64,000 nucleotides of DNA, from contig CALLIK010000004.1 in the NCBI GenBank assembly GCA_938009235.1, positions 365,725-429,724 of the forward strand. Direction: 5' to 3'. Positions within the stretch are counted from its first letter, which is position 1. The number at the start of each line of letters is the position of its first letter. Source of the stretch: an uncultured Caulobacterales bacterium (GTDB lineage: Bacteria > Pseudomonadota > Alphaproteobacteria > Caulobacterales > Maricaulaceae). A program made the position numbers and the translations under genes. Below, piece by piece: positions 1 to 10,800 of this stretch. The notes below the pieces were generated by a model. The model saw only the letters and a program-made list of their open reading frames with translations. It was not told the DNA's origin and made no database searches.

Positions 1-266
1 ATCATCCAGATGTGCAAATGGCCGCGTGTATTGGTGTCAGGCATGAAAAATGGCAAGAGCGCCCAATGCTGATTGTCCAAGCTACACCGGGTACAACCCC
101 AGATCAGGCAGAAATTCGTAAATGTATCGAAGCGAAGTGCGCAAAGTGGTGGTTACCAGACGCCATTGTTTTCGTGGAATCTCTTCCGCTCGGTGCGACA
201 GGTAAAATCCTGAAACGTGAGCTAAAGAAGCAGTACAAAGACTTCGACCTTGAAGCTGCGAAGTAG
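1..266 (+). CDS. 3' end of an acyl-CoA synthetase / AMP-binding (ANL superfamily) enzyme, 5'-truncated by the window edge
   Basis: The reading frame is open from the window start. HPDVQMAACIGV ... LPLGATGKILKRELK matches the C-terminal subdomain pattern of adenylate-forming ligases (HPxVxEAAVIGV ... TxxGKIxKxxLR). Confidence 0.8.
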   Translation, partial: HPDVQMAACIGVRHEKWQERPMLIVQATPGTTPDQAEIRKCIEAKCAKWWLPDAIVFVESLPLGATGKILKRELKKQYKDFDLEAAK

Positions 267-963
267 CCTCTACGTCAGTTCTATCGCGGTTTTAATATCC
301 TGCCAAACGATAGAGCCCAATAATGCCATGGAGCAAACGCACATGTTGCGTTTGCAATGCGTTGAATCCGTTCAGGCCGTAGAGAAAAACACTCGCTCAC
401 GCATAGCCGTTCTGGATATAGAGCACCCTATTTATGACTTCGCGCTTGCGGCGGGTCATGCTGTTCCAACTGAGCGTCCCTGTAAGGTCAAAGACTTTCG
501 GGGAAATAGTTCTGACGTAGATCTCATCCGCTTAGCTGATAATTATGCGCCTGGCGCACAAACAGATTGGGCTATCATTCGGTTTCCAAAAATTAAAACG
601 CAGAATTTGGTGCGTTATAGATTAGAACCACTGGCTGATAATGAAAACCTAAAGGGCGTTGAGGTGAAATTTGCTCAAGCCATAGGGCTTCCAAAAAATA
701 CACAAATCTGCCAACTAAACACGCTCGAATTCAGCACTAAGCATAAACGTGTGACACATAATTGCAGCGTCATAGCTGGGCAATCAGGCTCGCCAGTTAC
801 GCGCACAGTTGATGGAGAAGATCGGTTAGTCGGATTAAACCTAGGTCAACTTTGGATGTTCCAATCCCCCGAAACAGGCAGGCCTGACAGAAAGGGTTAT
901 ATCAATTTATTAGATGCAGATACTCTTTTAGAGATTGAAACCTATATAGATGAGGCGCGTTAG
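250..963 (+). CDS. Lipoprotein-type trypsin-like (S1 fold) serine peptidase
   Basis: A TTG start gives KLRSSLYVSSIAVLISC with a lipobox-like L-I-S-C. Triad-like blocks are LAAGHAV (His), DWAIIRF (Asp) and GQSGSPV (Ser, GxSGxP). There is no ATG upstream of the signal peptide. Confidence 0.6.
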   Translation: MKLRSSLYVSSIAVLISCQTIEPNNAMEQTHMLRLQCVESVQAVEKNTRSRIAVLDIEHPIYDFALAAGHAVPTERPCKVKDFRGNSSDVDLIRLADNYAPGAQTDWAIIRFPKIKTQNLVRYRLEPLADNENLKGVEVKFAQAIGLPKNTQICQLNTLEFSTKHKRVTHNCSVIAGQSGSPVTRTVDGEDRLVGLNLGQLWMFQSPETGRPDRKGYINLLDADTLLEIETYIDEAR

Positions 964-2204
964 GTCTTCCCTTCACCGACACTGAAAAGTTTACCTTTTT
1001 CAGTGATGAGAATGACGATCAAGCTTGAGATACCGAGCAGCACATAGGCGATCAACAACGGACGAACCGTCCCGTCAAAGCTGCTGGCAACCATAAATCC
1101 AAGTGCACTGGAAAGAGTCATCGTGACAAAGCCGTAGACCGCGTTAGCAGTACCCGCAATATTTCCCATATATTCTAGAGCCAGACTAGAGAAATTGGCA
1201 CCCATCATACCGAAACATCCAAATGTCAGCATAAATAAAATATAAAATACCCAGAAGTTTTGACCCACAAATTGCATATAAAGAAGGTTCAAAATCGAGA
1301 GAAATATAAAGATCAAAACAACGACATGGCTGATCCTACGCATTCCGAAACGCTCGACGAAAAGGCTGTTAGAAAAGTTCATGACAGCCAACAGTCCCGC
1401 GATACCCGCAAAGTAAATGAAGAATGTGTCGCCACGGCCAAAGACCTCATCAAAGACCTGTTCGCTAGCTCCTATAAAGGCAAAGAGGCATCCAAATATC
1501 AAACCACTGGCCAACATATAACCTGCAGTAATTCTATGGCTTAGGACTTGTTTAAATCCGTCAAATATCTGCTCAATCGAAAACGGGCGACGATCCTGGT
1601 CTTCTAATGTTTTTGGAAGTCTGATTTGTGTCCACATGAAAAGAGCTGCTGAGAAAATACCTAATGTGCCAAATATCCAACGCCAGTCAGCAATGGCCAT
1701 AATCCCCGTTCCAATCGCAGGCGCTATAATCGGTACGATCATAAAGACTGTATATACGAGCGACAAAATACTCGCCATCGAACGGCCCTTAGACAGGTCA
1801 CGAATAATCGCGCCCGCTGAAACGCGTGTTCCTGCACAGCAGACACCTTGTAGCAAACGAAGCGCAAGTAGGCTGCCAAAACTCGGGGCTATCATGCAGG
1901 CAAAGCCCGTAATGAAGTACCCCACAAGGCTGAGTTGGAGTAATATTTTGCGACCAAAGCGATCTGAAAGCGGACCAAATAAGAGTTGAGGGAAGCCAAA
2001 GCCCAAGATGAAGGCAAAGATGATCTTTTGCTGATCATTCTCTTTTTCGATGACATAGTGGTCGCCAATAATTTCGAGGGCGGGCAACATGACATCAATG
2101 GCAAGCGCCTGAAGGCCAAAAATGGCCGCCATCATGGCAATGAATTCCCACCTAGAGATTGGCATGTTCGGAATGTTGGTTTTAGGTGGAGTCATCGGGC
2201 TCAC
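960..2204 (-). CDS. MFS transporter, Bcr/CflA drug-resistance subfamily
   Basis: 414 aa with about 12 hydrophobic segments. It carries the MFS TM2-TM3 loop signature GPLSDRFGRK. Confidence 0.85.
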   Translation of the reverse strand: MSPMTPPKTNIPNMPISRWEFIAMMAAIFGLQALAIDVMLPALEIIGDHYVIEKENDQQKIIFAFILGFGFPQLLFGPLSDRFGRKILLQLSLVGYFITGFACMIAPSFGSLLALRLLQGVCCAGTRVSAGAIIRDLSKGRSMASILSLVYTVFMIVPIIAPAIGTGIMAIADWRWIFGTLGIFSAALFMWTQIRLPKTLEDQDRRPFSIEQIFDGFKQVLSHRITAGYMLASGLIFGCLFAFIGASEQVFDEVFGRGDTFFIYFAGIAGLLAVMNFSNSLFVERFGMRRISHVVVLIFIFLSILNLLYMQFVGQNFWVFYILFMLTFGCFGMMGANFSSLALEYMGNIAGTANAVYGFVTMTLSSALGFMVASSFDGTVRPLLIAYVLLGISSLIVILITEKGKLFSVGEGKT

Positions 2205-2291
2205 GCGAGTTTCTATTTTCGCGCTATGCGCCTGCCTTTACAAACAGGCAAGCTAAGAAAAGTCATATGACAGAGTGACGCAATCGAAGCA

Positions 2292-2966
2292 TTAGTCCCA
2301 AATTTTGGCAATTTGCTCAAAGGTCTTTTTTTCTAACGCATGCTTTGGAACTGTGGCTGTCTCGGCAGGGTGTCCGACAACCAAAAGAACCAAAGGCTTT
2401 TCCGTTGAAGGGCGCTCGCAAATGTCGCGAAGGAAATTCATGGGCGCAGGCGTGTGTGTTAATGTGGCTAGTCCTGCGGAATGTAATGTCGTGATCAACA
2501 TGCCCATCGCAATCCCGACGCTTTCCGTGACGTAGTAATGTTTTTCTCCCTCAGGGCCTTTTTTCTGCGCGAAGATAGCAATCAACCAAGGCGCCGTTTC
2601 GAGGAAGGGTTTTGAGGCATCGGTCCCCAATGGCGTCAACGCGTCTAACCATTCGTCCGAGGCGCGACCCCCGTAAAAGGCACGTTCTTCTTCTTCGGCA
2701 GCTATACGTATGCGGCGTTTCATATCAGGATTAGAGATAGCTGCGAAGTGCCAAGGTTGTTGATTGGCCCCATTGGGCGCAGTCGCAGCGGCTTTGATCG
2801 CCATTTCAATAACGTCTTTTGGAACGGCTTTGTCAGAAAAATCCCGTATTGTGCGCCGCGTTAGAAGCATCTCAAGCGTGGCTTTTGACTTCTCGCTCAT
2901 CTCTGCGTCAGAGACAGGTGCATAACCCGTTAGAGGGATGTGGTCATCGCTCACAATTCCGTCCAA
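2292..2966 (-). CDS. Nitroreductase-superfamily flavoprotein, iodotyrosine deiodinase (IYD)-like
   Basis: The protein is co-linear with animal IYD as I recall that sequence. Matching blocks: [67 protein letters not shown]...[11 protein letters not shown] and ATVP near the C-terminus. It overlaps the tdh stop by 16 nt. Confidence 0.8.
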   Translation of the reverse strand: MDGIVSDDHIPLTGYAPVSDAEMSEKSKATLEMLLTRRTIRDFSDKAVPKDVIEMAIKAAATAPNGANQQPWHFAAISNPDMKRRIRIAAEEEERAFYGGRASDEWLDALTPLGTDASKPFLETAPWLIAIFAQKKGPEGEKHYYVTESVGIAMGMLITTLHSAGLATLTHTPAPMNFLRDICERPSTEKPLVLLVVGHPAETATVPKHALEKKTFEQIAKIWD

Positions 2967-3997
2967 TCTAAAATGACCTTACCGGCTTTACGCGTTTCCA
3001 TTAGATCAAAGGCTTTCTGCCAATCGCGTGCGGGGAAACGATGTGTGACCATTTCTGTCATGTCTAATCCGCTGTCTAGCAAAGCAAGCATTTTGTACCA
3101 TGTTTCGTACATCTGCCTACCATAAATGCCTTTAACTGTCAGTGCTTTACCGACAATTTTGGAGAGGTCGACGGGATAGGGCACTGCGGGAATACCTAAC
3201 ATAGCGATATTGCCGCCCATGAGCATGGTATCGAGCATTTGCTCAAAGGCAGGCTTCGCGCCGCTCATTTCCATGCCCACGTCAAACCCTTCGGTCATAC
3301 CAATTTCATCCATAACGACGCGGAGGTCTTCATTCATGGTATTGACGACACGTGTGCGGGACGTCAGTTTCTTCGCGAAGTTTAGACGCCAGTCTTCAAT
3401 GTCCGTCAAAACAATACGCCTCGCGCCTGCACGTTCGGCAACCGCAGCAGCCATAATACCGATAGGGCCTGCGCCCGTAATCAGAACATCCTCACCAACC
3501 AAATCAAAGGCAAGCGCCGTATGAACTGCGTTACCTAGCGGGTCCATAATTGCCGCAATATCTAGGGGGATATTGTCTGGCAGAGGGATCACGTTGAATT
3601 CGGGCAGCGCCAAATATTCAGCAAAAGCGCCCGGCAGATTGACGCCAATGCCTTTTGTGTCTGGGTCCAGATGAAATTTGCCTGCTCTTGCATTCCGAGA
3701 GCGGCGTCCCACGACATGCCCCTCACCCGTAACGCGATCACCCACGCTCACGCGTTTCACAGTTGACCCAATAGCTGCAACGGTACCGCCATATTCGTGA
3801 CCCACGACCATAGGGACAGGCACATTATTTTGCGCCCATTCATCCCACCCATAGATATGCATATCTGTGCCGCAAATCGCCGTTCGCTCAATACGGATTA
3901 GGACTTCGTCTGGTGCAATCTCTGGAACAGGGACGTCCTGCATCCATAAGCCTTTTTCAGATTTGGCTTTAACGAGGGCTTTCATCATTTTTGTCAT
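2951..3997 (-). CDS. tdh: L-threonine 3-dehydrogenase
   Basis: 348-aa zinc-ADH fold with CGTDMHIY and GHEYGG motifs and a GAGPIG NAD-binding loop. It has a 4-nt ATGA overlap with kbl, the classic kbl-tdh arrangement. Confidence 0.95.
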   Translation of the reverse strand: MTKMMKALVKAKSEKGLWMQDVPVPEIAPDEVLIRIERTAICGTDMHIYGWDEWAQNNVPVPMVVGHEYGGTVAAIGSTVKRVSVGDRVTGEGHVVGRRSRNARAGKFHLDPDTKGIGVNLPGAFAEYLALPEFNVIPLPDNIPLDIAAIMDPLGNAVHTALAFDLVGEDVLITGAGPIGIMAAAVAERAGARRIVLTDIEDWRLNFAKKLTSRTRVVNTMNEDLRVVMDEIGMTEGFDVGMEMSGAKPAFEQMLDTMLMGGNIAMLGIPAVPYPVDLSKIVGKALTVKGIYGRQMYETWYKMLALLDSGLDMTEMVTHRFPARDWQKAFDLMETRKAGKVILDWTEL

Positions 3998-5187
3998 GTG
4001 ATCACACCTAACTCACGGCCGACCTTTGTAAACGCAGCAATCGCCGTTTCAATATGTTCGGGCGTGTGCGCCGCGCTCATCTGCGTTCGAATGCGCGCTT
4101 GTCCTTTTGGAACAACAGGGAAGAAAAAGCCGATTACATAGACACCTTCATCCATAAGCTTCGTCGCCATATTTTGCGCGAGGTTCGCATGACCGAGCAT
4201 AACTGGAATAATTGAATGTTCCCCCGGTTTTAACGTAAAGCCTGCGGCTTCCATACCCGCTCTAAACTGTTTGGCATTCGCATTGATCCGCTCACGTAAA
4301 TGATGCCCCTCTTTCGCGAGTTCTATCGCTTTGAGGCTTGCGCCTACAATTGGTGGGGCCAAGCTATTTGAGAACAGGTAGGGGCGTGAGCGTTGACGCA
4401 GTAAATCGACAACAGATTTACGCGCACAGGTGAAACCACCCATCGCGCCACCTAGGGCTTTGCCCAAAGTTCCCGTCAAAATGTCGACACGGCCTTCAAC
4501 GCCGCAATGTTCTGGCGAACCGCGACCGCCTGCCCCGACAAACCCCGTTGCGTGGCAATCATCCACCATCAGCAGGGCGTCATATTTATCCTTAAGGTCG
4601 CAAATTCCAGCCAGATTAGCGATGGTGCCATCCATAGAAAACACACCATCCGTCGCGATCATAATACGTCGCGCGCCTGCGGCCTTTGCCTCTTTCAACT
4701 TCTCTTCGAGATCAGCCATGTCATTATTGACGTAACGAAAGCGTTTGGCCTTACACAGACGAATGCCGTCAATGATCGACGCATGGTTCAGAGCGTCAGA
4801 GATGATCGCATCTTCAGGGCCCAAGAGCGGTTCAAACACACCGCCATTGGCATCAAAACACGCCGCATATAGAATGCTATCTTCAAAGCCGAGCCAGTCA
4901 GCCAAAGCCATTTCAAGCTCGCGATGTTGACCTTGCGTACCGCAGATAAAACGGACCGAGGCCATGCCAAAACCATAAGTATCCAAAGCTTGCTTTGCAG
5001 CCGACACAAGCGCGGGACTATCGGCGAGGCCAAGGTAGTTATTGGCACAGAAGTTCAGAACGCTTTTACCGTCCACCTGAATCGTGGCGTCTTGCTCGCC
5101 CGAGATAAGGCGTTCGGTTTTATAAAGACCCTCGCGCTTTATATCTTCGAGTGTCTGGGCAATGTCGTCGTAAAATACGCTGGACAT
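3994..5187 (-). CDS. kbl: 2-amino-3-ketobutyrate CoA ligase (glycine C-acetyltransferase)
   Basis: 397-aa alpha-oxoamine synthase pattern: [14 protein letters not shown] and [10 protein letters not shown] (PLP lysine). It lies upstream of tdh. Confidence 0.95.
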   Translation of the reverse strand: MSSVFYDDIAQTLEDIKREGLYKTERLISGEQDATIQVDGKSVLNFCANNYLGLADSPALVSAAKQALDTYGFGMASVRFICGTQGQHRELEMALADWLGFEDSILYAACFDANGGVFEPLLGPEDAIISDALNHASIIDGIRLCKAKRFRYVNNDMADLEEKLKEAKAAGARRIMIATDGVFSMDGTIANLAGICDLKDKYDALLMVDDCHATGFVGAGGRGSPEHCGVEGRVDILTGTLGKALGGAMGGFTCARKSVVDLLRQRSRPYLFSNSLAPPIVGASLKAIELAKEGHHLRERINANAKQFRAGMEAAGFTLKPGEHSIIPVMLGHANLAQNMATKLMDEGVYVIGFFFPVVPKGQARIRTQMSAAHTPEHIETAIAAFTKVGRELGVIT

Positions 5188-5285
5188 AATGTTCTCCGTG
5201 CTTTTTTTCCGTCATGCCTCTAAGTTGCTGTAACGTCACGCACTATAAAATCGACTTTGCGCATTTTTAATCTGAAGGGCGTATT

Positions 5286-5888
5286 ATGACCGACATAATT
5301 TGCCCCATGTCTGACCTTCTCACAGATATACGTGGATGTACGGCCTGCGCTAGTAGTGTTCCGCCTTTGCCTGTGACACCGAACCCAATCATCCAAGCTA
5401 CAGCCCAATCTAAAATCAGGATCATCGGCCAAGCCCCAGGTGCGCTCGCCCATGCAAGCTCCCTACCCTTTACTGACCCGTCAGGTGTGAGGCTGCGAGA
5501 GTGGTTGGGCGTTGATGAGGCCACCTTTTACACGCCAGACAATTTTGCGATTACCCCAATGGGTTTTTGTTTCCCTGGTCAAGACAACCAAGGCGGAGAC
5601 TTACCGCCACGCAAAGAATGTGCGGTCCTGTGGCAAGACAAGCTCGATGCGGCCCTTCCGAATGTCGAGTTAACCCTCGTCGTCGGGATGTATGCGGTAA
5701 AATGGCATTTGGACGATCACGGTTATCGAAACCTGACCGAGACAGTCAAACATTGGAAAGTCTTCGGCCCCACGTTAATGCCTTTGCCACATCCAAGTTG
5801 GCGCAATAATGGTTGGATCAAACGTCACGACTGGTTCGCCGAAGAACTCGCGACTTTAAAATCCCGGGTGGCTGACATCTTGGCTTGA
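5286..5888 (+). CDS. Uracil-DNA glycosylase superfamily protein
   Basis: 200 aa with a motif-A-like IIGQAPG and a motif-B-like LPHPSWRN. The family number was not assigned. Confidence 0.75.
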   Translation: MTDIICPMSDLLTDIRGCTACASSVPPLPVTPNPIIQATAQSKIRIIGQAPGALAHASSLPFTDPSGVRLREWLGVDEATFYTPDNFAITPMGFCFPGQDNQGGDLPPRKECAVLWQDKLDAALPNVELTLVVGMYAVKWHLDDHGYRNLTETVKHWKVFGPTLMPLPHPSWRNNGWIKRHDWFAEELATLKSRVADILA

Positions 5889-7868
5889 GACGACACGGAA
5901 CCGACCTTTGGTTTTTTGTCCCTTCTTATCAATCGCCGTTAATTCATAAAACCCAGGCGCAGAGGGCTTGAACCTAAACCCGTCACGCGTTTTGTGAATG
6001 GGATCAGAGCCCACATAGAGCCGCACGTCACTTGCTTCGGTTTGAACAACAAGATCAATGCCTTCGGACGCTGCACCAAATACGGATACCGCAATCTCAA
6101 TGTCGTCCATTGGGAATAAGATAACGGGCGCAAATTCTTCGGCGGACTTTAATCGGTCCTGTGTCTGTTGCGGACGATTTACGCGGACGACTTGATCTCC
6201 AACCGCGAGACCATCTGCAATTTTAAACAAGAGCGGCGCAGCTGCAGCGCGGCCCGTAACCCCAGGCCTTGGCCCTCCATCGGGTCGTCCAATCCAGACA
6301 ATAATTACGTAGTCACCAGATACAGCAGCAGCCCAGCTATCTCTAAAACCATATGATGTGCCCGTCTTGTAAGCCACGTCAGGCACATCACGCCCCAAAT
6401 GCATTGGCATCACACCTGCGGGTCTGGGCGCGTCGGCCATAACGCGACGGAGCGCCTTGGCTGTGTCAGCTTGTAAAAGTTCAAACGTGGGTTGCGGCAT
6501 CTCATCGGCTAAGGTCCATTTCAATGGCCCCGCCAGTCCATCATTCGCGATGGCAGTATAGAGCATTGCAAGGTCAGTTGCGCGGAGGCCCGTTCCGCCC
6601 AAAGCCAATGCGAGACCTGCATCTGAGCCATTTTCATTCGGACCGGATTGCGAAGGCGAAGCGCCCGAAGCTCGCAGTGCAGCATCAAGGCGGCGACCTC
6701 CAACATGATCAAGAACACCAACGGCGGGTATGTTCAAACTATGTTGCAGGGCTTGGGCTACTGTAACGTCCCCATAGTAACGTCTGTCAAAATTCTCAGG
6801 GCGATAACTGCCAAATCGACTCGGCGCATCGCGAAGCCGCGTGTCGGGTCCGATAATGCCGTCATCCATACCCAAGCCATAAACAAAGGGTTTTAGTGTT
6901 GATCCCGGTGATCTCACCGCAGCCGTCATATCCAACCATCCGCCATCATGATCGCGCCGACCAATGGCGGCATGGGCGCGAACTTCGCGGGTCTTAGCGT
7001 GAACAACGATTGCCGATGCGTTGACGGGGTGCGGGAGTTTCTCAACTGTGGCGGCCAACTGGTTTTCGATATTCGTTTGAAGATGTGGATCTAATGCGCT
7101 GCGCGTGACTGAGCCCGTCGCCGCCAATTTGCGGGCCGTCAACCAAGCGCGCTGTGGTAGTTTTTCCTTTTTCGAAGGAATAGATACGGTATCAGCATTT
7201 ATATACTCATTAGCCGTGATCAGTTCCGCTGACGCCAAACGTTTCAAAATGCGCCTTCGCCCTATTTTTGCGGCCTGTGCATTTCGGTCTGGCCGTCTGG
7301 CTTCAGGCGCTTGAGGCAAAGCAATCAAGAGAGCGATTTCATCTGGAGCGAGAAACCGTGGTGACTTGCCAAAGTAAATACGGCTCGCGGCATCAATACC
7401 TTCAATATTTCCGCCGTAACTTACGCGGGTCAAATATTGTTCGAGTATCTCTTGCTTAGTATAATGAAGTTCAAACCGTAGTGCCTCAAAGCTTTCGATA
7501 GCTTTCGATTTGAACGTTCGCGGACGCGGTTTGTATTGACGGACAAGCTGCATAGTCAGTGTTGATGCGCCAGATGAAGCTACACCGCTTTGCTTCCACG
7601 TCTTTAACGCGCGCAAAATGGCGGCGCCGTCCACACCCGAATGCGAATAAAACCGCTTGTCCTCAATCTCAATCAAAGCCTCGACAAAGGCAGGATCAAC
7701 AACATCCAAATCGGTCTTGATGCGCCAACGACCATTTTCGACAGTTCGCACATTTAGCCACGTTCCGTTGCGATCCGCCAACACGGGTGATGTCGTGTTG
7801 AGGTCAGCGTTTGAAACAGGCGCTTGCGCGAACCACAGGCCCATCGCAGCCGTAGCTGCAAGCGTCAT
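5856..7868 (-). CDS. pbpC: Penicillin-binding protein 1C (bifunctional transglycosylase/transpeptidase)
   Basis: GT51 motifs EDKRFYSHSGVD and GASTLTMQL; transpeptidase motifs SPGSTLKPF (SxxK) and KTGTS; a C-terminal beta-rich PbpC-type domain. It lies 22 nt downstream of the macroglobulin gene. Confidence 0.9.
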   Translation of the reverse strand: MTLAATAAMGLWFAQAPVSNADLNTTSPVLADRNGTWLNVRTVENGRWRIKTDLDVVDPAFVEALIEIEDKRFYSHSGVDGAAILRALKTWKQSGVASSGASTLTMQLVRQYKPRPRTFKSKAIESFEALRFELHYTKQEILEQYLTRVSYGGNIEGIDAASRIYFGKSPRFLAPDEIALLIALPQAPEARRPDRNAQAAKIGRRRILKRLASAELITANEYINADTVSIPSKKEKLPQRAWLTARKLAATGSVTRSALDPHLQTNIENQLAATVEKLPHPVNASAIVVHAKTREVRAHAAIGRRDHDGGWLDMTAAVRSPGSTLKPFVYGLGMDDGIIGPDTRLRDAPSRFGSYRPENFDRRYYGDVTVAQALQHSLNIPAVGVLDHVGGRRLDAALRASGASPSQSGPNENGSDAGLALALGGTGLRATDLAMLYTAIANDGLAGPLKWTLADEMPQPTFELLQADTAKALRRVMADAPRPAGVMPMHLGRDVPDVAYKTGTSYGFRDSWAAAVSGDYVIIVWIGRPDGGPRPGVTGRAAAAPLLFKIADGLAVGDQVVRVNRPQQTQDRLKSAEEFAPVILFPMDDIEIAVSVFGAASEGIDLVVQTEASDVRLYVGSDPIHKTRDGFRFKPSAPGFYELTAIDKKGQKTKGRFRVVSSQDVSHPGF

Positions 7869-7890
7869 ATAACCGAGGCGGCGTCGCAGC

Positions 7891-10800
7891 TTAAAAATCT
7901 CCGCTTGGGGAAATTTCTAATTGCCCATACTCAGATGTGCCGACACGTGCAGGACGATACATGTCCTCGACAACGGCCCCAGGGAAGGTAAATGTACCTG
8001 CAGTCACCGCGCGGACAACATAGGCCGCCTTAAAGACATTACCCTTTCGGTCGTAACGAGATCGTCGACCCGAGGCGATAAATCTGTCATCTCGAGCTTC
8101 TTGCATATCGAATTTGGACAGCTCGCCGAGGAAACCATACGCCCCTTCACTTCCTGTATCTGCTGGGGTTAGAACAGTTTCAATTTCCAATCCTGCCGGC
8201 AATAAATCCGCGAGTACAACCATTCGATTAGATCTGTAGGTTGATTTAGCTGTGACGAGAATAATAGCACGATCACCGCGTTTGATCTCTGTGGAAATGG
8301 CTTTACCTTTCATGGTGTAGAGATGTTTTTCTACGGTAAAGCCACTGGATATGGCTTCAGGTGCCTGGGTCGGCGTGGAGGTTACGTCGATTGTGATATA
8401 GGCACGCGCGTCGCCCGTGTTTTCTATTGAAGGCTTACTCGCAATGTCGGTTCCGAGTAAATTCGCGGCGCCTTTTTCAAGAGACAGGTTTTTGGTCTTT
8501 ACGCTAACGTCGCCTTCACCAGAGCTAAGTTGCGCCATAGCTCTAATGATATAACTTTTTTCCTGAGTGTTGGTCCTGGATGGCTCAAGTTCTGCCAAAC
8601 CTAAAAGAATTTTCTCAGACACTTCGGCATCTAAGTTATTGCCGCCAATCGCTAAGAGAGCCGCGGCATTGCGCTCTGGCGAACTATAGTAGTTATAATG
8701 CTCTGTTTTAACGTCCAAACTGTCAGCGGCCCGTTTGAAGACAGCTTTTGCTGAGGCTTCGTCTCCTATTTTAGCCAACGCCGCGCCTAGATAAGCCAGA
8801 GAAATTGGGTCAGATATCCGATCCCCAAATGTTTTGTTGAGATAGCGAATACCAGAGGTATCTGCCTCACCCGCTAATGCGACGACATAATGCGCGTAAG
8901 CCGCCCGATTTGCACGCGCAACTTCGGCTTTTTTTTGCGAGTCAGAGTTAGGGAAATATAGATTCAGAGAAGAATGATTTTCCATACGAGAGAGTATTTT
9001 TGCCGCATTTATGGCTGACAACATGCTCTGTTCGTTGACGTCATATCCATTGCGGTCTGCCTCTATGAAGAACTCAGTGACATAAAGTTGGAGCCAAGGT
9101 CTTAAAGCTCTATCGCCCTGACGCCAGAGACCAAACTCTCCGGTCATATCCTGACGTGAGGATAGTTTCGCAATCGCGTCCTGAATACGGGTGCTCAGAA
9201 CTTTGTCCGATGTACCCTTAAACCCTCCGAGTGATTTCACGAACACAAGCGGCATTGCCTTACTGACGGTTTGCTCCGTACATCCATAAGGGTAACGGTT
9301 CAGTGACGCGAGATATGGCGCAACAGAAAGCCCAGGAAGGCGTGCCACGCTCAGGTCAATATCCGCGCCTGTAACACTGTAGCCGTCCATAAGGTCAGCC
9401 TTCAACGTATAGCTTTCGCCAGGTTCGATAGCTTTAATCGTGCGGTTCGTGATGGGCCTATAAGGGGACCGGACTTCAATTGGGTAGTCAGACTGAACCT
9501 TATAATCTTTGGGTCCAGTGATTGACGTTTTCAAATTATAAATCCCGACATCATCGGCATTCAAGGTGACACCCGTTTGGTCCCGCGTTCCTGGCGGAAG
9601 GTCAAACACAGACTCGATTGTTTTCAGCAACCCAACACCTTCAATAGATGTTCGGTAAACACCAGACGCTCCATCTATATTATCAAGCGCGAAGGTTGAT
9701 ACGGCTTGATCTCCAGGCGCGAGGAAACGCGGCAAGCCTAAATTAGCAGGAACAGCGTCCCTCACCTTTAAGGATGTCGACGCACTGCCGATTGACGACT
9801 TTGTCCAAGCCGTCGCCATAAGGCGCAGCTCTCCATTAAAGTCAGGTAGATCAAGCGTGATCACAGCTCGTCCATTTTTCACATCAACAGAGCCTTCAAA
9901 TAATGCGACAGTTTTGGTTGGAACAACAGAGAGTCCTGCGCCGCCAATCCCGTCACCGCCGCTTCGGGTTTTTCCATCGGCTAAGAACGGATTCAGGATG
10001 CGGCTGTAATCATCACGAATATCGAGCGCGAAAGCCTTCTTAGAAAAGAACGCATCAGAGGCATCGGGGGATTTAAAATTGGTCAGAGCTAAGATGCCCT
10101 CATCTACTGCGGCCAAACTCACCCACGCTTTTTCTCTCGCGCCGACGCCCGACAATTCGATTGGGACCTCCACTTGAGTTCGCGGTGACACGCGATCGGG
10201 TGTGTCGATTTTCAAATCAAGTGTTTGAGAAGAACGATCTAAAGCAATGTGAGTAAGACCAACGGCGCGTTTCACGCCTTTGCGTTTTTCAACATCAAGC
10301 GGCGTATAGAGAGTTACCATCGCATAGACGTCATGGCCCCAAGATGGATCATAAGGAATACGAACGGAGGACGCGCCTTCTGGGACATCAACGGTGCGAA
10401 TGGAGCGAACCGTATGGTCGGCAATCACAATATCTCCTCGGCCCGCATAAGGTGCACTCAAGTTTAAAGTCACAGCGCCGCCCGGTTTTGTTGGCAAGTC
10501 TGTTGCGCCAACTAAGATACGGTCTGGCGCATCACTGTCGCTATCACCCCAATTCGACCACCCCACACCAAAGCGATAAGAAGCGGTTTCACCAGTACTT
10601 GTTTTCACGTCCAAACGGTATCGACCCCAATTCAATGATCTTGACCAAACACTTAATGCTTCGGAGCCAATTGCCATTTCACCGCGATCAACAACTGTAT
10701 CTGTTGACTGGGTTCGGTACTGCCAACGATTGCGGGCGCGATACCAATTATAATCACGTCGTTCTTCATTTAGCGTCCAAGTGACCTGAGTAGAGATACG

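Noticed and set aside
2225-2262. Weak hairpin GCCTG...CAGGC between the IYD-like gene and the MFS gene, as a terminator.
   Set aside because: The stem is only 5-6 bp with a 10-nt loop and no U-tract on the minus strand, which is too weak to call.
1260-2270. Plus-strand ORFs (94, 117 and 94 aa) antisense to the MFS transporter gene.
   Set aside because: They are shadow ORFs of a 12-TM gene, with no motifs and an atypical basic composition.
5220-5524. Minus-strand ORFs of 77 and 85 aa in the kbl/UDG divergent region and the UDG 5' part.
   Set aside because: They overlap the UDG-superfamily gene antisense. The remaining intergenic space of about 100 bp is better explained as a divergent promoter region.
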